This document shows, in pieces, positions 7,655 to 18,277 of a stretch of DNA of 64,000 bases; within the stretch, counting starts at the first letter, position 1; every line of letters begins with the position of its first letter. Source of the DNA: Leptolyngbyaceae cyanobacterium (GTDB lineage Bacteria > Cyanobacteriota > Cyanobacteriia > Phormidesmidales > Phormidesmidaceae); contig CBDHHL010000039.1 of NCBI GenBank assembly GCA_965263355.1, positions 18,821 through 82,820 on the forward strand, given 5' to 3'. The notes beneath the pieces are model-generated. The model was not told the origin of the DNA, did not search any database, and saw only the letters and a list, made by a program, of their open reading frames with translations. The position numbers and the translations under genes were made by a program.

Positions 7655-8132
7655 ATCAGTCGATCGCGTGGTTCGGGTGCCTGGGATGGCCCCGGTTACT
7701 GTTCCGGTTTATCCGTCCTTATTAGTGCCAGAAGAAGAATATTTCCAGAGTCTTAGGGATAACGAAGAGATTAGCGATAAGCGATTGATGGACCTGTTAG
7801 TTGCGTTTTGCCTTAAACATCGTGGCGTACTTGGCGATGATGTCCCTACTGAAAAGATTATTGCAAATACTCCTAGACCATTGGCTGAAGCTTTGTTTAG
7901 CTTATTTATCTATGGCTTACCAGGGAAGCGAGTAAATCCAACTGAGTATATTTACGATCCTGAAACTGAGTTGGGAAACGACGAAACTCAGAGCCAATCG
8001 ACTGGGGGAAACTCTGCTGGCAACTCCAGCGCTGGTATCCAGGCTGCGAATATTTCAGACCTACCCAGTTTAGAAACTGTCCGTCAAAACTCGCCTTGGA
8101 TGCCGCCAGAGTCTGGCGCGATGACCGCATAG
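7620..8132 (+). CDS. Tail assembly chaperone (gpG-like)
   Basis: Precedes tape measure; contains in-phase G GGA AAC slippery heptamers. Confidence 0.7.
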   Translation: MFVVTQTLWEIKSVDRVVRVPGMAPVTVPVYPSLLVPEEEYFQSLRDNEEISDKRLMDLLVAFCLKHRGVLGDDVPTEKIIANTPRPLAEALFSLFIYGLPGKRVNPTEYIYDPETELGNDETQSQSTGGNSAGNSSAGIQAANISDLPSLETVRQNSPWMPPESGAMTA

Positions 8133-8395
8133 CTGAGCTAGCCGAGGAAGCCACGGCGACTAGTGAGGTTGCGGCATTAATCGCACGGGCGAATTTTAAG
8201 AACGCTGAAGACGCCAGCGCGACTGATTTTAATCGTTGGGGATTAACCCAACGCAGGAATGAGCTTGCTAAGACTATCCCCCCTGAAGCCGCAAAAATCT
8301 ATGTGAAGTTGCTGAAGAAAAGCCGAGTGCCAGATTGGGTCAGGGCGATTATGTCTGAACGCGATATGACGTTATTAGCAGGAAAGGTTGAATAG
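7973..8395 (+). CDS. Tail assembly chaperone gpGT extension, reached by -1 frameshift
   Basis: The -1 frame is open from 7970 to 8395 and encodes EPIDWGKLCWQLQRWYP... Confidence 0.7.
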   Translation, partial: GKRRNSEPIDWGKLCWQLQRWYPGCEYFRPTQFRNCPSKLALDAARVWRDDRIAELAEEATATSEVAALIARANFKNAEDASATDFNRWGLTQRRNELAKTIPPEAAKIYVKLLKKSRVPDWVRAIMSERDMTLLAGKVE

Positions 8396-11300
8396 TGGTT
8401 CAAGCTGGTTCGGTTGAATTCGCAGTTGAATTTTCGGAGTCGAGTATTACGGCTGCGATCGCTGACTTGCGGACACGATTCAACCGGGTTGATGACCTTG
8501 CTATTGATGTCAGGCTGAATGATGAGACTGTTATTCGTGGCATTAGCGACATTAGACAGCAGCTTAGTAATGCTGATAATGTTCGGCTGGATGTCAACCT
8601 TGACGATTCAATTACGAGAGAGATAACCCAGCTTAGACAACAGCTAGAAGCTATCAACAGAACTCAGGCAAGTGTTGACTTTGGGCGCAGTGCTGCTCAA
8701 GCTGACGCGATCGCTCAGTCACTGACTCAGTTAAGAGCCCAATCAAATATTCCAGTAACTGTCAATACGAATGCTGCCCAGCGTAATGTTCAGGAGTTAA
8801 GGCGTGGGTTTGCAACGGTTCAACAGGCTGTTGATGGATTGAGTCGTGAGAGGATCAACCTAGAAGTTAATGCTCGAAATATTCAAAATCAGATTGCGGC
8901 GGTTGATGCCAGAATTCAACAACTGCGTGACAAAGAGATTCAGATTCGAGCAAATTCTAGAGCAGCTGAAGCAACAATTCGGAATTTAGACGCTCAAGTT
9001 ACTGAACTTCAGCGCAATCGTTCTGATATCCAGCTAAAGATTGATGCTCGCACTGAAGAAATAAATACTATCGAGCAAACGATAGAACGGCTTAGAAATA
9101 CTCGAATAAATTTAGAGCTAAACCCATCCACCAGTAACCAAGCACTTAATTTGTTGGATCAGCGAATCCAGCAATTAAGCAACGAGCGAATTAAGCTAGA
9201 AACCGATAGCACGTTACAGAATCAAATTCTGCAGATAGAAGATAGGATCGGCAGAATTCAATCACGACGACTTCGGTTAGAGGCTGATACACGCCAAGCT
9301 GAACCACGCATTAGGCAGATTCAGACTCAGCTCGGTACGCTTGACGATAAGCGAGTTCGATTAAATGTCGATGCCGACAACGCAACTGAACAGATCCGCA
9401 CTCTTGATAGACGGTTAGAGGCATTAGGGGGCGGGAACGCTAGGCAGGCATTACGGCAAATTAACAGGGAATTAAGACAATTAAGTTCTCCCACAATATC
9501 GCCCAATCTAGATCTTAGTGGCATCCGGAATAGTAGCGGAATTGTTCAAGGAATTTTCCAGGGGATTGGCCAAAGAGTTTTTGATACTCTAGCTAACGCT
9601 ATTGGAGGGGGCATCAGAGCAGGGCTTTCAACTGTTCAAAATGCAGTTGGCTTTGAGCAGGCATTAGTTACGTTTAGCGCTCGTGCGGGTGGAGCTGAGG
9701 AAGCGATCGCGGCAGTTACTGAAGAGTCTAGACGATTAGGAATTGAAACCAGTAAAACGCCTGAAGAAGTGGCGCGCATCGCTACTCGAATGGTCGAATT
9801 AGGCGGTGAGGTGACTGAGGTTGGTGATAATGTTGCAGGCGTTGTAGCTGCACTAGAAGGAACTGGTTTTACTAATATTGATGCGACCGCCAAAGCTATT
9901 CAGGCAGGAACAAATATTTTTAACGAGTCTGCCGATGCTTTGGCCGATAAAATCACGCTACTTGCCAATACAACAGCAGTTACATCGGCTGAAGGCATTT
10001 TGCAGGCATTTGGTAAAGCGGGCGGTTCGTTTGTCGATGCTGATGTTAGCGCATCGACATTACTGGCAACATTTGCTAAATTCTCCGAGACAGCCACTCC
10101 TGAAGTGGCCGCGACTGCAACCAGGAATGCCCTGGATGGTTTAAGAGGTAGGACTGATGTAGCAAGAGAAGCATTAGACAGGCTAAACGTTTCATTCTTT
10201 GATAATCAAGGCCCGACCGCGTTTACGGACACATTAGTAGATCTTAGAGATGCACTTGAGCCGCTAAGTGAAGAAGATCGATTTACAGCTTTACAAGATA
10301 TTTTTGGCGGCAGAAGTGCTTCACAGATAGGATTGTTATTGCAAGGTTTAGACGATGTAATCGCAAAAACTGATGAACTTGAACAGGGTTTCGGCGCATC
10401 CGGTGAAGCTGCAGACAATCTAAATCAGGGTGTTGCTGCGGCGGTTAATCGACTGCAAGGAACCCTGACCACTGCCGGAACCGATCTTGGTTTGGCACTG
10501 ACACCAGGTATAGAGGCGGGCGTTAGAACATTAACCGCGTCAATTAATGCTGCCATTGAAGACGGTGATGCTTTTGGGGACACAGCGGCCTCGGTTGAAG
10601 CATTATTGGCGGCTGTTGACGGGTCTGAAGTTGTCGACGTTTTATCAGCTAGCCTTCGTAGCTTATTTGATTCGGTTGATGCGGGGGCAGCCAGCCTGAT
10701 TGATTCGCTATCTAATATATTGAGTGATCCTGAAAATCTCGACAGATTTGGCCAATCAATTGAAAATCTTGGGACTGTCCTGGGTGGAACCTTAAGAATT
10801 GCGGGCGTTGCTGCTGAGGCGTTTACTGTACTATCAGCAGCATATTCTGACACGATAGGCGAAGGCCCAGCTGAGGCAATTGGGCAATTTTCATTAATTC
10901 TTGAAGGGATTGTCCCGGTTGCAACTCAGGTTAGAGATTCGATATCCGGTTTAGTAAATCCGGTCACTGAATTTTTAGATCGCTTTTCCTTGGTTGGTGA
11001 TTTAATAAATCAGTTTGGCACCTTAGGCCCAGCTATTGGCGCGATAGGCCTAGCCTTTACCGGGGTCACTAATACAGTTCAGTCATTGCGGGAACAGTTA
11101 GGGTTTTTAACAGCTGAGGCAGTCCAGCCAGCTGTAATTACCGATGCTGGTGCTGAGGGTGTTCAAGCGTTAGCGAATGCCGGAAGTAGATTGTCTTCTG
11201 ATGCTGGCCAAAATAGCAGAGAGGAACAGTTGGCAGCAGCACAAGCATTGGCTGGCCAGTTGGGAGATATTGAAGCCAATGGCGTTGAATTATCTGAACG

Positions 11301-12867
11301 GAGAAAAGAACAGCTCAGGGAAGAATCGTTGCAGGCATTAGAGGATACTCAATCGGCTGCCCTGGCAAGATTAGCAGCTCAAGAAGCTGAACAGATTAAT
11401 GATATTCGTCAGGCTCAATTGGCAGCTGGCCCTGAAGATCCAACAGCCGAAAGCAATGCAGATTCGGCTATTCGTGATATTCAAGCTGACTTTGCCCAGC
11501 AACGAATCCAGATTGCTCAAGATGAAATCGATCAAATTAATCAACTAAGAGCCGATGGCATTATTACAGCTGAGGAAGCTGAGCAACGGTTGGTCACTGC
11601 TAAACAGGAGTCTGCCGAATTGTCAGTGCAGGCGATTGAGCAGCAGATCGCAGCTGAACAAGCCGCTGCTGATGCTGTTAGAGAACGGATTGAAGAGGAA
11701 TTATCAGCCAGAGAGCGGTTAAATGCCCTGGCATCCGAACAAACAAATTTGCAGTTTGAGGTTGATAATTCTGGTTTAGAAAATCAATTATCAATATCCC
11801 AAGCGTTAGCTAATGTTGATGCTGCGAGAATTGATTCAGCGGCTCAATTAATTAGTGCTCAATTGGCTCAAGCAGAGGCAACTGAAAACTTTGCAGCAGT
11901 TGAGGAAGCCAGAGATCGGCTATTGCTTAATCAGTTGCAATCAATTCGAGCAGGCACTCAAGCCCAACAGCAACAGATTGCTATCCAACGGCAAATAGTA
12001 ACGCTTGATGGTCAGAGACAAATAACGTTAGCTCAGATTGCCCGTGATGAAGCCCAGATTGCAGTAGATAGAGCCCGTTCGAGCCAGGGAATATCGACAG
12101 AGGAGCTTAATGGGCTTCAGTCGATTGTTGAACTTAGGGCGCAAGGAATTGAATCTGCTAGGGCAAATTTAGATGTTCAACTGAGTATTTTAGACGCTCA
12201 AGAAGAAGAACAAAGCATCTTAGCTGAAACCGCTGAAGCTGAGGCAATCAGAGAGCGGAGATTGGAGGGCATTGAATCATTAATTGAACGCCAAACTGAT
12301 TTACTAGACGAGCAAAAAGACTTAGAAAGTGATATTGCCGATGAGACAGAACGACGGCAGAGTGCTATTGATTCGATTGTTTCGTCATTAAGCGGCTTAG
12401 AAGATGTTGGTGCTGAGCAGGCATTAGAAGACTTGAACCAGCTTGAAGATAATTTACGTTCAGCCAGACGAGCAGGCGCAATTGATAGTGAAACTGCGTC
12501 ACAGTTGCAGTCAGGAATTAATCAGGCCCAGCGGCTAGCACGTTCCGGCGACGGATTCACAGTAGAGGAAGCTTTTAATTTTTCAGATAGCCAAAATCCA
12601 TTTGCTCAAAGCATTTTGGATAGTTTAGGGCTTGGTGGAGTTAATGCATTTGCTGAAGCTCAGCAAGAAATTTTATTAGCCGATACTCAGATAGAACAGC
12701 TGACAACCAAGTTAGAGGAAGTTAGAGACGCTGTTGCTGCTTTGCCAGAGACCTTGCCCACTGGCATAGAAAATCTAACCGTATCGACTCCTGACCCGAT
12801 CGCTGATGCTGCTCAAATTACAGCCGATCTAACCCGGCAACAACAGATTGCGGAGGGAGTTATCTAA
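8395..12867 (+). CDS. Tail tape measure protein
   Basis: 1490 aa, helical and Ala-rich; TP901-type core (FEQALVTF...RRLGIETSKTPEEVA). Confidence 0.9.
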   Translation: MVQAGSVEFAVEFSESSITAAIADLRTRFNRVDDLAIDVRLNDETVIRGISDIRQQLSNADNVRLDVNLDDSITREITQLRQQLEAINRTQASVDFGRSAAQADAIAQSLTQLRAQSNIPVTVNTNAAQRNVQELRRGFATVQQAVDGLSRERINLEVNARNIQNQIAAVDARIQQLRDKEIQIRANSRAAEATIRNLDAQVTELQRNRSDIQLKIDARTEEINTIEQTIERLRNTRINLELNPSTSNQALNLLDQRIQQLSNERIKLETDSTLQNQILQIEDRIGRIQSRRLRLEADTRQAEPRIRQIQTQLGTLDDKRVRLNVDADNATEQIRTLDRRLEALGGGNARQALRQINRELRQLSSPTISPNLDLSGIRNSSGIVQGIFQGIGQRVFDTLANAIGGGIRAGLSTVQNAVGFEQALVTFSARAGGAEEAIAAVTEESRRLGIETSKTPEEVARIATRMVELGGEVTEVGDNVAGVVAALEGTGFTNIDATAKAIQAGTNIFNESADALADKITLLANTTAVTSAEGILQAFGKAGGSFVDADVSASTLLATFAKFSETATPEVAATATRNALDGLRGRTDVAREALDRLNVSFFDNQGPTAFTDTLVDLRDALEPLSEEDRFTALQDIFGGRSASQIGLLLQGLDDVIAKTDELEQGFGASGEAADNLNQGVAAAVNRLQGTLTTAGTDLGLALTPGIEAGVRTLTASINAAIEDGDAFGDTAASVEALLAAVDGSEVVDVLSASLRSLFDSVDAGAASLIDSLSNILSDPENLDRFGQSIENLGTVLGGTLRIAGVAAEAFTVLSAAYSDTIGEGPAEAIGQFSLILEGIVPVATQVRDSISGLVNPVTEFLDRFSLVGDLINQFGTLGPAIGAIGLAFTGVTNTVQSLREQLGFLTAEAVQPAVITDAGAEGVQALANAGSRLSSDAGQNSREEQLAAAQALAGQLGDIEANGVELSERRKEQLREESLQALEDTQSAALARLAAQEAEQINDIRQAQLAAGPEDPTAESNADSAIRDIQADFAQQRIQIAQDEIDQINQLRADGIITAEEAEQRLVTAKQESAELSVQAIEQQIAAEQAAADAVRERIEEELSARERLNALASEQTNLQFEVDNSGLENQLSISQALANVDAARIDSAAQLISAQLAQAEATENFAAVEEARDRLLLNQLQSIRAGTQAQQQQIAIQRQIVTLDGQRQITLAQIARDEAQIAVDRARSSQGISTEELNGLQSIVELRAQGIESARANLDVQLSILDAQEEEQSILAETAEAEAIRERRLEGIESLIERQTDLLDEQKDLESDIADETERRQSAIDSIVSSLSGLEDVGAEQALEDLNQLEDNLRSARRAGAIDSETASQLQSGINQAQRLARSGDGFTVEEAFNFSDSQNPFAQSILDSLGLGGVNAFAEAQQEILLADTQIEQLTTKLEEVRDAVAALPETLPTGIENLTVSTPDPIADAAQITADLTRQQQIAEGVI

Positions 12868-13358
12868 TGGCCCTGCCTACCACTACAGAACGGGGAATCG
12901 TTCTAAATCATGCCGATTACAGCCTAGCTATCACTTTGTTTGGCCGTTACCCTGGTCAATTCCCACGGGTTGATGGTCGTTATAAAGGGATTGTTCGTAG
13001 TAAACGGGGGGCAGCAGCTAGGACGGGGGCTTTAACTAGATTTGCTATTTGGAATTTTGTTGGTTGCCTAACCCTTGACCAGCAAGAGATTTTAATCCGA
13101 ATGGAAGCTGCTTATTGGGGCAACCCTGGGCCATGGATTATTTATGACTATACAAATTATTGGTCTGAAAATGGGACGACAAACACTAGAGCGATCGCGC
13201 CCAATAGCACAGTAGCAGCTGACGCTAATACAATTTGCTACTATCCCCAATGGCAAGCCGAGCCAACAAACCAACGAGGGTTTGAATACAGTGAGAAAGC
13301 TGATGGAGTTCGTGTAGCTCAGTTTCAGTTCACAGAATCGGGGGTTATCGTGGCATGA
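12867..13358 (+). CDS. Putative distal tail protein
   Basis: Immediately follows tape measure; C-terminal FQFTE. Confidence 0.55.
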   Translation: MALPTTTERGIVLNHADYSLAITLFGRYPGQFPRVDGRYKGIVRSKRGAAARTGALTRFAIWNFVGCLTLDQQEILIRMEAAYWGNPGPWIIYDYTNYWSENGTTNTRAIAPNSTVAADANTICYYPQWQAEPTNQRGFEYSEKADGVRVAQFQFTESGVIVA

Positions 13359-15358
13359 CCTCTTTCACTATTGATGCTCAAGATAGGGACTGGACAGCAA
13401 GCCTCGAAATTTTAGACGCTAATCGAGCCGTGATTAGTGGCCCGCATGATATTTCTGATGCGTTGATTAGCGTCGATATTGACTTTTCCGAACTGAGATC
13501 GGGGAACAGGCTAAACGGTTGGCTGGCATGGGAAGGCAGCATTGTATTAAGCCCAGAATTGTCCACAACAGTTAGTCTTGATAATCGCGATACTGCCTCT
13601 AACCCGTCAGGTGCTGAAGTGCTGGCTATGGGAAACCGGATCACACTGAGCATGTGGACGGGGGCAAATTATGAAAGATTTTGGCCACCGTTTTATATCT
13701 TGAGGGAAGCATCCCCTAGGATAGAAATTCCTACAAGCGATTCTCAAGCTCAGATTACGATTGACTTAGGGGATCTTGGCAAATCACTAGACTTATTTAC
13801 CCCAGAGAATAATTATTCAGGAATTACCCAGGGAACAACCACAACGCCCACAACGTTAATTCGTAATATCGCAACTCAGATAGGCATCCCAACATCATCA
13901 GATACGATCTCGGGCGGTTATTCAGTCAATACAGCCGTCCAGAAAAAATCTACCCGGTCAACAGTGCGTGAGATTGGGGAAATAGCGGCAGCTCAAAAGT
14001 ATGTTGTTTGGCTTGATGCTGCTGAAGAATTAAGGCTCACTCCAGCTGACTTTACACTCAAAACAGCACCAGATTTTAGCCTAACTATCGGCATTGGAGG
14101 AGACGAAGTTGGCGAGAACGGATGGGAACCCGTCAATCTTGAAGAACGACCGCCGGGAGAATTAACAGTAACGGGCGGTTCAGACCTCGCTCAAGAGATT
14201 GAAAATCCTAGCGTAATCGTTCGCACTGTTCCCGGTCCAGGCTATACGTCTCTGACCAGCACTGAGACTAAAACGATAACGCCAGTTGGGGGCGCGCCTC
14301 AGACAGTAATTACGTATGAAGAACGCCAAGCTGAATTACAGATACAGCCCAGAGTTCTCACTATGGATAACTCTGGCGTTGTGCCGACGCTGCTGACAGA
14401 CACCGACAATACGAGCAATGGTCTGCAAGATTCTGAAGATAGTTCGATTACCCATCGATATAACGGAATCACTAAACGACTGACTGAAACAGTTGAGTTG
14501 ATTCGTAAAGCACGGGGGCTTAGCGGTGGCGATGCGTTTAGAGAGGAAGAAAATAGCTCAGCACTGACACTACTTGACAATAGTCAAACGACCACGACCT
14601 ACACTTACGACAATATTTTAGGCGTAGTCAGTTCAAGAACTATCACAGAACGTCGGCCATGGTGCTTGTGGGAATGGGGCGAAGTTACACCTACCAACTA
14701 TGATTTGAATCGCTTTTTAGAACGTGATTATCTAACCCAAACGACTACCTGGACTAGAGTGCTGGACGTTAGCGGAGATCCTACGATTGAGGCGTGGCGT
14801 GTTGAACAAGTTACTCAGCAGCCGAGGGGGGTGGTTTTTAAGAATTACACGGGGGCTAACCCTGAGACCCTGGTGAACAATCCAGATCCTGATCTGACCT
14901 TCACACTGCAAGCCAGTGACGGTTCAACCCGACCGCCGGATATTGAATATCAGGAAAGTATTTATACAGAAGAACACCAAGAATTTACGGGGTCAGTTAC
15001 GGTCCAGCCAATCTCTGGGAATGCCCATAAATGGAAGGAGGGGGCAATTCGGGTTAATGCTGATGTGATTGTGAGCGATATTCAATGTAATGACTTAGCA
15101 GCATGGGCCGCAAAATGGCAACATGGATTGAGCCTGGGTCGTTCATTTATTGGAGCAATCCCAACAGAATTATTTACTGCCTTTGATCCGGTATCGAGGG
15201 TTGATGTGACTGTCGATGGGGCCGTTGATGCTTACTTTTTGAATGGTTTTAGTATCTCGTCAAATTTAACTGAGACTCTATTTGGGTGTAACTTTGGGTT
15301 GATTGGTCAGGTTGGGGCAACGCCAGATATAATTACTTCGTCAATAAATATCCTATGA
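13355..15358 (+). CDS. Putative tail hub/baseplate protein
   Basis: Position; Thr-rich beta composition. Confidence 0.55.
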   Translation: MTSFTIDAQDRDWTASLEILDANRAVISGPHDISDALISVDIDFSELRSGNRLNGWLAWEGSIVLSPELSTTVSLDNRDTASNPSGAEVLAMGNRITLSMWTGANYERFWPPFYILREASPRIEIPTSDSQAQITIDLGDLGKSLDLFTPENNYSGITQGTTTTPTTLIRNIATQIGIPTSSDTISGGYSVNTAVQKKSTRSTVREIGEIAAAQKYVVWLDAAEELRLTPADFTLKTAPDFSLTIGIGGDEVGENGWEPVNLEERPPGELTVTGGSDLAQEIENPSVIVRTVPGPGYTSLTSTETKTITPVGGAPQTVITYEERQAELQIQPRVLTMDNSGVVPTLLTDTDNTSNGLQDSEDSSITHRYNGITKRLTETVELIRKARGLSGGDAFREEENSSALTLLDNSQTTTTYTYDNILGVVSSRTITERRPWCLWEWGEVTPTNYDLNRFLERDYLTQTTTWTRVLDVSGDPTIEAWRVEQVTQQPRGVVFKNYTGANPETLVNNPDPDLTFTLQASDGSTRPPDIEYQESIYTEEHQEFTGSVTVQPISGNAHKWKEGAIRVNADVIVSDIQCNDLAAWAAKWQHGLSLGRSFIGAIPTELFTAFDPVSRVDVTVDGAVDAYFLNGFSISSNLTETLFGCNFGLIGQVGATPDIITSSINIL

Positions 15359-16353
15359 ACGCTCTAACCCAAAGGCTAGCCAGCCGGAATAAGCAACGCA
15401 CGACTCAACGCCTTCAAGCACAAATGGCTGAGGCAAAAATCGGCGCTGCCACTATTACTGGCACGCTTACGGGCAGCAGTGCTGAAGGAATCACACTTAG
15501 AACAGAGTCGGGGGGTTTTCTCACAGTCCCTAGATCTACTGCTCAAAAACTTTCACGGCAACCAGCGATCGGGCAGTCTCGGCAGTTATCGACCGGGGGG
15601 CAGCTAGAGCTATTAGGAAGCAGCACAGAAACGATTAACCAGCCTGTCAGTCAAACACAACCGCAAGTCAGATATCCTCTTAGGCCGCCTACTCAGGGAG
15701 CAGACTTTGGGGCCAATGGCGATTTGTGGCTTGAGCAAACTGGCATTCAGGGCAACTTTAACGAAGCCAATGCTTATGTTTGGATACAAAAAATTGGCCA
15801 GTTTGTGAAGTTGGCTTCCGGCGGAGTAGTTGTTACATTCGAGCCCAACGACCCGATCACGTCAGGGACAGTAAACGGCCAGCTGCACTACAACACGACT
15901 AATTCGTCAGTATTTTTTTATGACCAAGCTGCTGATATATGGCGACCTGTTGGTGGGGGGGGTGGGGGCGCAACTATTAACTATGTTGCAGGGCCGCCCC
16001 CTACGCCAGCTCCACCAGGTACCGTTGATGGGGAAGGCCATCACGATACTGTGGTTGATCGTTTGTGGACTTATGATCTAGCCAATACAACTTGGCGTGC
16101 TGCTGGTTCGAAGAATTTTTTCCAGGGGGTGCCTAGCGCAGCGGGGCCGACATCTTTTGTCAGGGGGGATCGGGTAACTCTGTATCAGACTAGCGGTAAT
16201 ACCGTTACTCCGTGCGATTACATTTGGTCCGACCAACAATCAGATTGGCTATTAGTCAGCTGTTGTCCTGGCTGTGCCGAAGACTTTTTTAATAGTCGTT
16301 GCGATGACGATGAAGGTTCTGACGGCGGCAGTTGCACACCACTTCCACCATAA
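15355..16353 (+). CDS. Putative tail fibre/minor tail protein
   Basis: Repeated G.L.YNT....F.YD....W units, Gly/Pro linkers and Cys-rich C-terminus. Confidence 0.55.
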   Translation: MNALTQRLASRNKQRTTQRLQAQMAEAKIGAATITGTLTGSSAEGITLRTESGGFLTVPRSTAQKLSRQPAIGQSRQLSTGGQLELLGSSTETINQPVSQTQPQVRYPLRPPTQGADFGANGDLWLEQTGIQGNFNEANAYVWIQKIGQFVKLASGGVVVTFEPNDPITSGTVNGQLHYNTTNSSVFFYDQAADIWRPVGGGGGGATINYVAGPPPTPAPPGTVDGEGHHDTVVDRLWTYDLANTTWRAAGSKNFFQGVPSAAGPTSFVRGDRVTLYQTSGNTVTPCDYIWSDQQSDWLLVSCCPGCAEDFFNSRCDDDEGSDGGSCTPLPP

Positions 16354-16357
16354 TCTT

Positions 16358-17257
16358 ATGCAAATTTATTCTCAATTCCCGCCTAATAAAACAACAACTC
16401 AAAATGTAATCAGAAACAACGGTATCAAGCCTGTGATCTCGGCTGATCTCAGAAAGGTTTATGGCCTTTCAGTTGTTGCTGATGTTGGCGCGTTTGGACG
16501 GCGGGCAGATTTAACTGAGCTTGACAAACAACTTGACCAGGCTACGGGCTTAGACGTTCATATTCACCCAATCGTCTGCCGTTATCCTGAGTTAAAAGGC
16601 CGCGATTCGTTAGCGCTGAAAGGTCATGTCAATAGCTTAGCCCGCCCAATCATTAATCACTGCGTCAGTCGAGGAATAAAAAAAATAACCTTGGCAGGAG
16701 AATTAACCCTATGTGGTGATATTGATCTTTGGGCAGAAATAGTTGATTTTTATAAATCTATCCATACTGAATATCCTGAATTAGAACTCTGGATTTCATC
16801 GCATAGAATTCGCCAGCAAGGCGATCGCGATAGTATCCTAACTCGGCTCGAAGACCTACAGGGCATCGTATCAGGATTTATCGGAGCTGATTATATTAGC
16901 CTGTATCGAACAAAGTCTGAAATTCCTAAGCAGGTTGGGCCGGTGCAATGGATGAAGATATCAGCCATGGGAACAGTTTCGCTAATGCGACTAAATTATC
17001 TCCCTCCATTCTGGAGAGAACTGCAAAGCGCTGGGCTTAAGGTCGCGTTTGAAACGTCAGCGCTGTCTACAGTTGACTTGCCTATTATCAGGAAAGCGCA
17101 AACACAGATATATAAAGAAATCAGCGCCAAATGCGAGCATCATGGCGCTGATTTATGGCTTTGGAATATTTGTGAACAAAGCTCCCGAGACCACCAGGGC
17201 AACCATAGCTACTCTGGCGTTTGGGATGATCGCGGGAACATGCGGTTAAGCATCTAA
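16358..17257 (+). CDS. Hypothetical protein, possible glycoside-hydrolase-like barrel
   Basis: Alternating alpha/beta pattern; LAGE and AFET candidate acidic residues; C-terminal GVWD.RG. Confidence 0.35.
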   Translation: MQIYSQFPPNKTTTQNVIRNNGIKPVISADLRKVYGLSVVADVGAFGRRADLTELDKQLDQATGLDVHIHPIVCRYPELKGRDSLALKGHVNSLARPIINHCVSRGIKKITLAGELTLCGDIDLWAEIVDFYKSIHTEYPELELWISSHRIRQQGDRDSILTRLEDLQGIVSGFIGADYISLYRTKSEIPKQVGPVQWMKISAMGTVSLMRLNYLPPFWRELQSAGLKVAFETSALSTVDLPIIRKAQTQIYKEISAKCEHHGADLWLWNICEQSSRDHQGNHSYSGVWDDRGNMRLSI

Positions 17258-17279
17258 AAATCGTATCGCTGGATGCTTT

Positions 17280-17678
17280 TCATTCTAGATACTCCGGCCA
17301 CTTAGCCTCTAGGTCTTGACCCCACTCCGCAGAAAATCTAGTTAGTTCTGCAAGTATGGTTTTATCCGTTGCTAGGGTGACACTCGCCACTCCGCTATGT
17401 GTTCCCATGCGCGCAAGCTGGCATAGGCAGTCCAGGGCTGCTTTCCCCTGCTGATATGCAAAGGCAACATCCGGATCTTGGATGTTTTCAAAATATACTC
17501 CTCTTAGGATGTTTGATAGCGTATCTGTGTAGTTTCCATTCGAGTATCCCCTAAGATACCCTTTCCGAGTATTGTATTCATCTTGAAACATACGAATTGT
17601 GTTGGCGGCACGGCTGTTGTCATCTGCACACAAAGCTTGAGTTATCGGGGTTAGGTCTATGGTGTTTGGGTAGTTCAT
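17280..17678 (-). CDS. Hypothetical protein
   Basis: ORF coupled to the upstream gene. Confidence 0.6.
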   Translation of the reverse strand: MNYPNTIDLTPITQALCADDNSRAANTIRMFQDEYNTRKGYLRGYSNGNYTDTLSNILRGVYFENIQDPDVAFAYQQGKAALDCLCQLARMGTHSGVASVTLATDKTILAELTRFSAEWGQDLEAKWPEYLE

Positions 17679-17959
17679 CTTTTTGGCTCCTTCGCCTTAA
17701 CTGGTTTAGTTATATCCAATATTGGATATAACTGACAACCCCCTTCTGAATCTTTTTTTGGGACTGTCCATTCTCCGTTAATAATTTGGCTAAAAATAGC
17801 CCCAAGATATCCTTGCCAGTGGGGAGCTGTAACTCCCCTACGGTTAATGATGTAGCCTTTCGAGATCGCGTCATTTCTGATAGTGTCTAGCATCATGCTG
17901 GGCATATTCGCCAGCAACGTTTTTGTGTTTTTCTTTGGTCGTGGCATGGCCCTATTCAA
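17675..17959 (-). CDS. Hypothetical protein (MPRPKK..., possible DNA binder)
   Basis: ORF. Confidence 0.55.
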   Translation of the reverse strand: MNRAMPRPKKNTKTLLANMPSMMLDTIRNDAISKGYIINRRGVTAPHWQGYLGAIFSQIINGEWTVPKKDSEGGCQLYPILDITKPVKAKEPKR

Positions 17960-18020
17960 TATTGATTAGACCCCACCCTAGCACAGTTTAACTTGCGTTG
18001 TTGAAGACCCCTCTTCCAAC

Positions 18021-18053
18021 AAAAAAACCGCTACTCGTAAAAGCAGCGGTTTC
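18021..18053 (-). terminator. Intrinsic terminator
   Basis: AAACCGCT...AGCGGTTT stem with T run on the minus strand. Confidence 0.65.
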
Positions 18054-18070
18054 GTGGTTTGTATTGTCAA

Positions 18071-18277
18071 TCAAGTCAAAACTCTAAGATGCTTTCCCGT
18101 TGGCTTTCCGCTTTTCAGTGCTGCTTCAGGGAATTCTGGCAATGATACCTCATCAGGGGACTGAAACATGCCATTACGACGCCTGCCGAGATATTCTCCT
18201 GTTTTAGGATCAAACTGATAGCCCAGCTTACGAGCTAATTCGTGCCGTTCGTTTGGAACGTCTGAAAGATTCGCCAT
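18071..18277 (-). CDS. Hypothetical protein
   Basis: ORF. Confidence 0.5.
   Translation of the reverse strand: MANLSDVPNERHELARKLGYQFDPKTGEYLGRRRNGMFQSPDEVSLPEFPEAALKSGKPTGKHLRVLT

Noticed and set aside
8400..14580. Antisense ORFs within the tape measure and hub genes
   Set aside because: Shadow frames of long genes, with no RBS or motifs
15355..16353. Diversity-generating retroelement target in the fibre gene
   Set aside because: No reverse transcriptase or template/variable repeat pair seen in the window
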